DNA of 64,000 bases. Source: a virus. The position numbers were made by a program, and so were the translations under genes. The notes under the pieces are model-generated. The model saw nothing but the letters and a program-made list of their open reading frames with translations, was not told where the DNA came from and ran no database searches. The stretch spans positions 96,001-160,000 of the IMG/VR virus record IMGVR_UViG_3300045988_135716. One strand, given 5' to 3'. This document shows positions 63,924-64,000 of this stretch, piece after piece. Numbering within the stretch: the stretch's first letter is position 1; each line of letters starts with the position of its first letter.

Positions 63924-64000
63924 ATACTGTAAGACAGATTCCACGTTCTAATTCTAAAGGCTAGTTGGGATGGTTGTTAGCGGTCTGAGTCACGTCAGAA

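Noticed and set aside
63924-64000. A known riboswitch class (ykkC-, TPP- or c-di-GMP-like) in the leader at the right edge.
   Set aside because: There are only fragmentary resemblances (for example GGTCTGAG) and the element is truncated by the window. I cannot support any class from memory.
1-64000. CRISPR arrays, rRNA genes and IS elements or transposases.
   Set aside because: I noticed no regularly spaced direct repeats, no rRNA-like conserved blocks and no transposase-like ORFs while reading through the window. The only recombinase seen is the tyrosine integrase.

Overview
This window is an AT-rich dsDNA phage genome segment. It looks like a temperate phage of a low-GC Firmicute (Clostridia-like) and appears to be in the unintegrated attP configuration.

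Layout:
- 1-19.5 kb (+): about 55 small, tightly packed early genes, mostly of unknown function. Recognisable members are a Thg1-like tRNA 3'-5' nucleotidyltransferase, YopX, a radical-SAM enzyme, a DUF2829/Tad2-like protein and a DUF1653 protein.
- 19.7-33 kb (+): replication module with an SSB-like protein, a RecA-like ATPase, a DnaB-like helicase, a TOPRIM primase, a RecJ-like DHH exonuclease, Pol III alpha (DnaE) and a RecD-like helicase.
- 35-46 kb (+): DNA and nucleotide metabolism genes. These are an NAD-ligase, an HPr/Crh-like protein, ThyX, a dNMP-kinase-like protein, a 5'-deoxynucleotidase-like protein, NrdD/NrdG, an HNH-AP2 endonuclease and dUTPase.
- 45.9-48.4 kb: lysogeny module with Xis, a tyrosine integrase, and an attP with arm repeats flanking a 42-nt tRNA-Arg(CCG) 5' half. 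It also has operator palindromes and a promoter-driven moron.
- 48.4-63.8 kb (-): lysis and host-recognition operon. It contains a GH25-CHAP-SH3 endolysin, an LL-H-type holin, two fibres sharing an N-terminal adaptor (one carrying an SGNH esterase), a 1640-aa tail-tip protein with an S74 chaperone domain, and Dit.

Most notable non-standard signals:
- A tRNA-like RNA lacking a D-arm.
- A family of intercistronic TGAAAG/CTTTCA stem-loops abutting the ribosome-binding sites.
- Several genes interrupted by single in-frame stops (TGA twice or three times, TAA once).
- Genes that can only start at ATT/ATA behind strong SDs.
- A candidate promoter-operator-terminator sRNA unit beside attP.

No CRISPR array, rRNA, IS element or complete canonical tRNA was seen. 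All homology calls rest on remembered family motifs, not on searches.
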